NCBI GenBank assembly: GCA_903829815.1
Contig: CAIKRR010000030.1
Span: forward strand, 25,730 to 89,729
Source: an uncultured Pseudomonadota bacterium
GTDB taxonomy: Bacteria; Pseudomonadota; Gammaproteobacteria; Burkholderiales; SG8-39
Length of the DNA: 64,000 nt
Direction of reading: 5' to 3'
In this document: positions 60,396 through 64,000 of the stretch, in pieces
Layout: each line of letters starts with the position of its first letter
Numbering within the stretch: the first letter of the stretch is position 1
The notes under the pieces: generated by a model
What the model saw: the letters and a program-made list of their open reading frames with translations, nothing else
The model's database searches: none
Told to the model about the DNA's origin: nothing
Program-made: the position numbers and the translations under genes

Positions 60396-61574
60396 TCAGG
60401 GAAATGCCTCGTAGGGGTCACGCACCTGGGGGATACGATCGCCGCAGGCATTCTCCAGCGTGCCATCACGCCCCTTGCGTACGGTGAGCATCAGGAAGTC
60501 GCCAATCATCCCCTGGTGCTCGTCGAAGCTGGTCATGCCCATCGGCCCCTTGGCCTGTACCTTGCGCAGCGCGGCCACGAAGGCTTCACGATCTTCGGCC
60601 CGACCTTTCACGTCCTTGAGGGCCTGGATCACCATCTTGGCCGCCATGTAGCCCATGTAGGAGTACGACCCGGGCAGCGCCTTGGTACGTGCCTTGAAAG
60701 CGTCGATGAACTGTCGATTCTCGGGGGTATCGAGCGTGCCGCAATAGGTGTAAGCGCTCAGCACGCCCTCCGCCTCAGGAGGCATGTCACCAAGCAGTTC
60801 TTCGCTCGTGAACGAGGCGATGCCGAAGAAGGGCATCTTCCTGGACAGACCGTATTCGGCGTACTGCCGGGTGATCCGCGGTGCGTCGGCACCCCACATC
60901 GCGCCCATGACGCCATCGGCCTTGGACGGGTCCATCTTCGTGAGATAGGGCGCGTAGTCAGGCGTACCAACGTTCGGAAACATGGCATCGATCACGTTTT
61001 CGGCACCGAAGACCTTCTTGACGGCCTCGACCGACTCACGTCCGGGCGGTGCATTCCAGCCGATGTAGTACACCTTCTTCCAGCCGAGTTTCTTCGCGGC
61101 TTGAGCCGCGGCCGTGGCGTACTGATAGGACGAGGGCACGAAGCGGAAGATGTAGGGACTCTTCTGTGCGCGAGTCAGGCTCGCCAGTGCCACGGTGCTG
61201 ACCCACGGCACCTTCTGTTCGGCCACATAAGGCGCGATCGCGGCCCCCACCGAACTGACCAGTTCGGACACCAGGATGTGAACCTTGTCGCGCTCGACCA
61301 GTGCCTTCACCTTGGTGAGCCCGGTGTCAGGTCGCCCGGCGCTGTCTTCGTACACCAGTTCGACCTTGCGCCCTGCAATGGTGAAGTTCTCTTCCTCGAA
61401 GGCGAGCTTGACCGCCTCGCGCTCGGGGATGCCCTGCGCAGCGATGGGCCCGGTAATCGGGAACATCACGCCGATCCGGATCGGCGATTGTGCCTGCACG
61501 GCAGTGGCGGCAAGACTGGCAGCAGCGAATACGACGCCTGCGAGCAGTCCACCGGGACGGAATGTGCGTTGCAT
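60396..61574 (-). CDS. Liv-type ABC substrate-binding protein
   Basis: Signal peptide; IRIGVMFPITG, AGRKVELVYED, PYIFR, TPDYAPY. Confidence 0.92.
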   Translation of the reverse strand: MQRTFRPGGLLAGVVFAAASLAATAVQAQSPIRIGVMFPITGPIAAQGIPEREAVKLAFEEENFTIAGRKVELVYEDSAGRPDTGLTKVKALVERDKVHILVSELVSSVGAAIAPYVAEQKVPWVSTVALASLTRAQKSPYIFRFVPSSYQYATAAAQAAKKLGWKKVYYIGWNAPPGRESVEAVKKVFGAENVIDAMFPNVGTPDYAPYLTKMDPSKADGVMGAMWGADAPRITRQYAEYGLSRKMPFFGIASFTSEELLGDMPPEAEGVLSAYTYCGTLDTPENRQFIDAFKARTKALPGSYSYMGYMAAKMVIQALKDVKGRAEDREAFVAALRKVQAKGPMGMTSFDEHQGMIGDFLMLTVRKGRDGTLENACGDRIPQVRDPYEAFP

Positions 61575-61809
61575 ATTGTCTCCTCGTGTGTCCGGTCGAC
61601 GCGACCAGCCATTTGCGCCATCGCGGTGGCGTCTGGGCGCAGATTACAGCATCGAAAGCGCGCAGGGCAATCGAGCACACGCACGAATGGGCGCAGCATG
61701 ATGAAGCCTGCGCTTGCCGCGGCAAAAGGCGTTGCCGTTCGCTGCATGCCGATGCTACTCTCGGCGCGGCAGGAAAAACTTCAACGAGACAAGAGCGGAT
61801 CAACGCAGC

Positions 61810-62664
61810 ATGAACTTCTGGGCCATCCAGACCCTCAATGGCATTTCCTTCGGAATGCTGCTCTTCCTGCTGGCGGCTGGGCTGTCGCTCATCTACGGCC
61901 TGATGAAGATCCTCAACCTCACCCACGGCTCCTACTACATGCTGGGAGGCTATGTCGGACTGGCGGTGATGCGTGCAAGCGGCAGTTTCGTCCTTGCGCT
62001 GCTGGCCGGCAGTGCTGCCGTTGCGGTGCTGGGTGTGGTGATGGAGCGATTCTTCCTGCGGCGCTTCCATCTGCAGGAACTGCCGCAGACGATGCTGACC
62101 TTTGGCTTCCTGTTCATCTTCGCCGATCTTGCTCTGTGGGTCTGGGGGGGCAATCCCCAGACAATGGCAAAACCGCCACTGCTTGCGGGCGTGACCGCAC
62201 TGGGCTCGCTCAACTACCCGACCTATCGCCTCTTCATCATCGCGGCCGGCGTGGTGGTAGCGCTGATGCTGTGGTGGTTTCAGGATCGCACCCGGGTCGG
62301 TGCAATGCTGCGCGCAGGTGTCGATGACGAGGAAATTGCTCGCGCGCTCGGCATCAACGTGTCGCTGCTGTTTTCGCTGGTCTTCGCGATGGGCGCCTTC
62401 CTCGCCGCGCTCGGTGGCGTGCTGGCCGGGCCGATCATGGGCGTGTACCCCGGCGCCGACTTCGAGGTCCTCCTGCTGGGCTTCGTGGTCGTCATCATCG
62501 GCGGGCTGGGCAGCCTCAAGGGCGCACTCGTCGGCGGACTGCTGGTCGGACTGCTCGACAACTTCGGCAAGGTATTTTTCCCCGAGTTCGCACTCTTCAC
62601 CATCTTTCTGCCAATGGCACTCATCCTGGCAGTGAGGCCCACCGGCCTCTTTGGTCGCGAGTAG
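61810..62664 (+). CDS. Liv-type ABC permease (LivH-like)
   Basis: GLSLIYGLMKILNLTHG, VVVIIGGLGS, RPTGLFG. Confidence 0.93.
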   Translation: MNFWAIQTLNGISFGMLLFLLAAGLSLIYGLMKILNLTHGSYYMLGGYVGLAVMRASGSFVLALLAGSAAVAVLGVVMERFFLRRFHLQELPQTMLTFGFLFIFADLALWVWGGNPQTMAKPPLLAGVTALGSLNYPTYRLFIIAAGVVVALMLWWFQDRTRVGAMLRAGVDDEEIARALGINVSLLFSLVFAMGAFLAALGGVLAGPIMGVYPGADFEVLLLGFVVVIIGGLGSLKGALVGGLLVGLLDNFGKVFFPEFALFTIFLPMALILAVRPTGLFGRE

Positions 62665-62672
62665 AGGGCACG

Positions 62673-63623
62673 ATGAATCGACAGCAACAGCTTGCCATCG
62701 CAGGCATCGCCGGTGCAGCAGTGCTTCTCGCCATGCCCTGGCTCTTCGGCTCGTACTATCTGGGCCTGGCAACCAAGATGATCATCTTCGCGCTCTTTGC
62801 CATGAGCCTCGATCTGCTGATCGGCTACACCGGGCTGGCCTCGCTCGGGCATGCGGCCTACTTCGGTGTGGCGTCCTACGCAACCGGACTACTCGCACTG
62901 CGCCTGGGCTGGGGCGTCGGCTGGGCGCTGCCGGCTGGCGTGCTGGTGGCGGGCCTGACCGCAGCGCTCTTCGGGCTCCTGGCCCTGCGGGCACGAGGCA
63001 GCTACTTCCTCATGATCACGCTGGCCCTGTCGCAGGTCCTCTGGGGCATTGCCTTCGGGTGGCGCAGCCTCACCGGGGGCGATGACGGGCTGCCCGAAGT
63101 GCCCCGCCCCGACCTCGGTCTGCCCTGGTCGTTCGCCGACAACACGCCCTTCTACTACTTCACGCTGGCCGTGGCAGTCGTGTCGACCTGGCTGCTGATG
63201 CGAGTGGTCGCATCGCCCTTCGGGCAATCGCTGCGCGGCATCCGCGAGAGCGAGACACGAATGCTGGCCCTGGGCTATGACACCTGGCGCTACAAGTTCG
63301 CAGCCTTTGTACTGGCGGGGCTGTTTGCCGGGGTGGCAGGCGTCCTCTACGTCTACTACAACCGCTTCGTCAGCCCCGACTACATCCATGTCGCTCGCTC
63401 GGCCGAAGTGCTGCTCATGGTCATTCTGGGTGGCGCCGGCAGCCTGTTCGGGCCGGCGCTCGGCGCAGCGCTGATCGTGCTGTTCGAGAACATCGTCAGT
63501 GGCTACACCGAGCGGTGGCTGCTGGTGCTGGGGGTGGTCTACGTGCTGGTCACGCTGTTTGCGCCTGATGGCATCACCGGGGTCGTGCGTCGACTGCGTC
63601 AGCGCAAGGCAGGTCAGACATGA
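62673..63623 (+). CDS. Liv-type ABC permease (LivM-like)
   Basis: SLDLLIGYTGLASLGHAAY, GSYFLMITLA, SPFGQSLRGIRE. Confidence 0.93.
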   Translation: MNRQQQLAIAGIAGAAVLLAMPWLFGSYYLGLATKMIIFALFAMSLDLLIGYTGLASLGHAAYFGVASYATGLLALRLGWGVGWALPAGVLVAGLTAALFGLLALRARGSYFLMITLALSQVLWGIAFGWRSLTGGDDGLPEVPRPDLGLPWSFADNTPFYYFTLAVAVVSTWLLMRVVASPFGQSLRGIRESETRMLALGYDTWRYKFAAFVLAGLFAGVAGVLYVYYNRFVSPDYIHVARSAEVLLMVILGGAGSLFGPALGAALIVLFENIVSGYTERWLLVLGVVYVLVTLFAPDGITGVVRRLRQRKAGQT

Positions 63624-64000
63624 GCGCGCTCGTGATCGAAGGGCTGTCGCGCAACTTTGGCGGACTGCGCGCCCTTTCCAACGTCTCGTTCTCGGTCGAG
63701 GCGGGTGAACGGCGCCTGATCATCGGCCCCAACGGGGCCGGCAAGACCACGCTCTTCAACCTGCTCTCGGGTGTCTTCAAGGCTTCGTCAGGACGCATCA
63801 GCCTCTTCGGGCGTGATGTCACCGGTTTGTCGATGCATGAACGGGCTCGCATGGGGCTGGCACGCACCTTTCAGATCACCAACCTGTTTCCACGCCTGAG
63901 CGTGATGGACAACCTGCTCATCGCCCTGCAGGCAGGCGCCCCCGGGGCCTTCTCGCTCACGCGGCGGATGCGCGACCAGACCGTACTGCACGCGCAGGCA
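63620..64000 (+). CDS. Liv-type ABC ATP-binding protein (LivG-like), runs off the window end
   Basis: Not in the ORF track because there is no stop in the window; translated by hand: MSALVIEGLSRNFGGL..IIGPNGAGKTTLFN..GLARTFQ; ATGA overlap. Confidence 0.92.
   Translation, partial: MSALVIEGLSRNFGGLRALSNVSFSVEAGERRLIIGPNGAGKTTLFNLLSGVFKASSGRISLFGRDVTGLSMHERARMGLARTFQITNLFPRLSVMDNLLIALQAGAPGAFSLTRRMRDQTVLHAQA

Overview
GC-rich bacterial chromosomal window, most consistent with a Betaproteobacterium (inferred from seven Bug/TctC solute receptors and a groESL promoter carrying both a sigma32-type element and CIRCE). Housekeeping genes (ftsY, groESL, dacB, ubiD, ubiA, recG) are interleaved with many catabolic modules for aromatic or N-heterocyclic compounds. 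These include two NicX-like Fe dioxygenases, a gentisate-type cupin, an AbmA/salicylyl-CoA 5-hydroxylase-type bifunctional enzyme, two Rieske oxygenases without reductases, a variant hydroxycinnamoyl-CoA hydratase-lyase, a CoxMSL-type Mo hydroxylase, and ACAD, SDR, FAH, VOC, amidohydrolase and LLM enzymes, plus two Liv-type ABC systems and a lone TRAP receptor. The best candidate for an undescribed system is 876-15878, where a SoxXA cytochrome pair with no soxYZB sits within a putative CoA-dependent ring-cleavage cluster. Other oddities: a Cache-PAS-PAS sensor with no output domain and a possibly leaderless promoter; a WcaJ-like gene with an in-frame amber stop; a RidA-like remnant coupled to a probable CTG-start CobW gene; a structured leader with a cUUCGg loop; and a 9-bp tandem repeat next to the groEL terminator. 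I found no rRNA, tRNA, CRISPR array or mobile element. All family calls come from motif recognition without database searches, and start codons were adjusted by eye using RBS and gene-overlap evidence.
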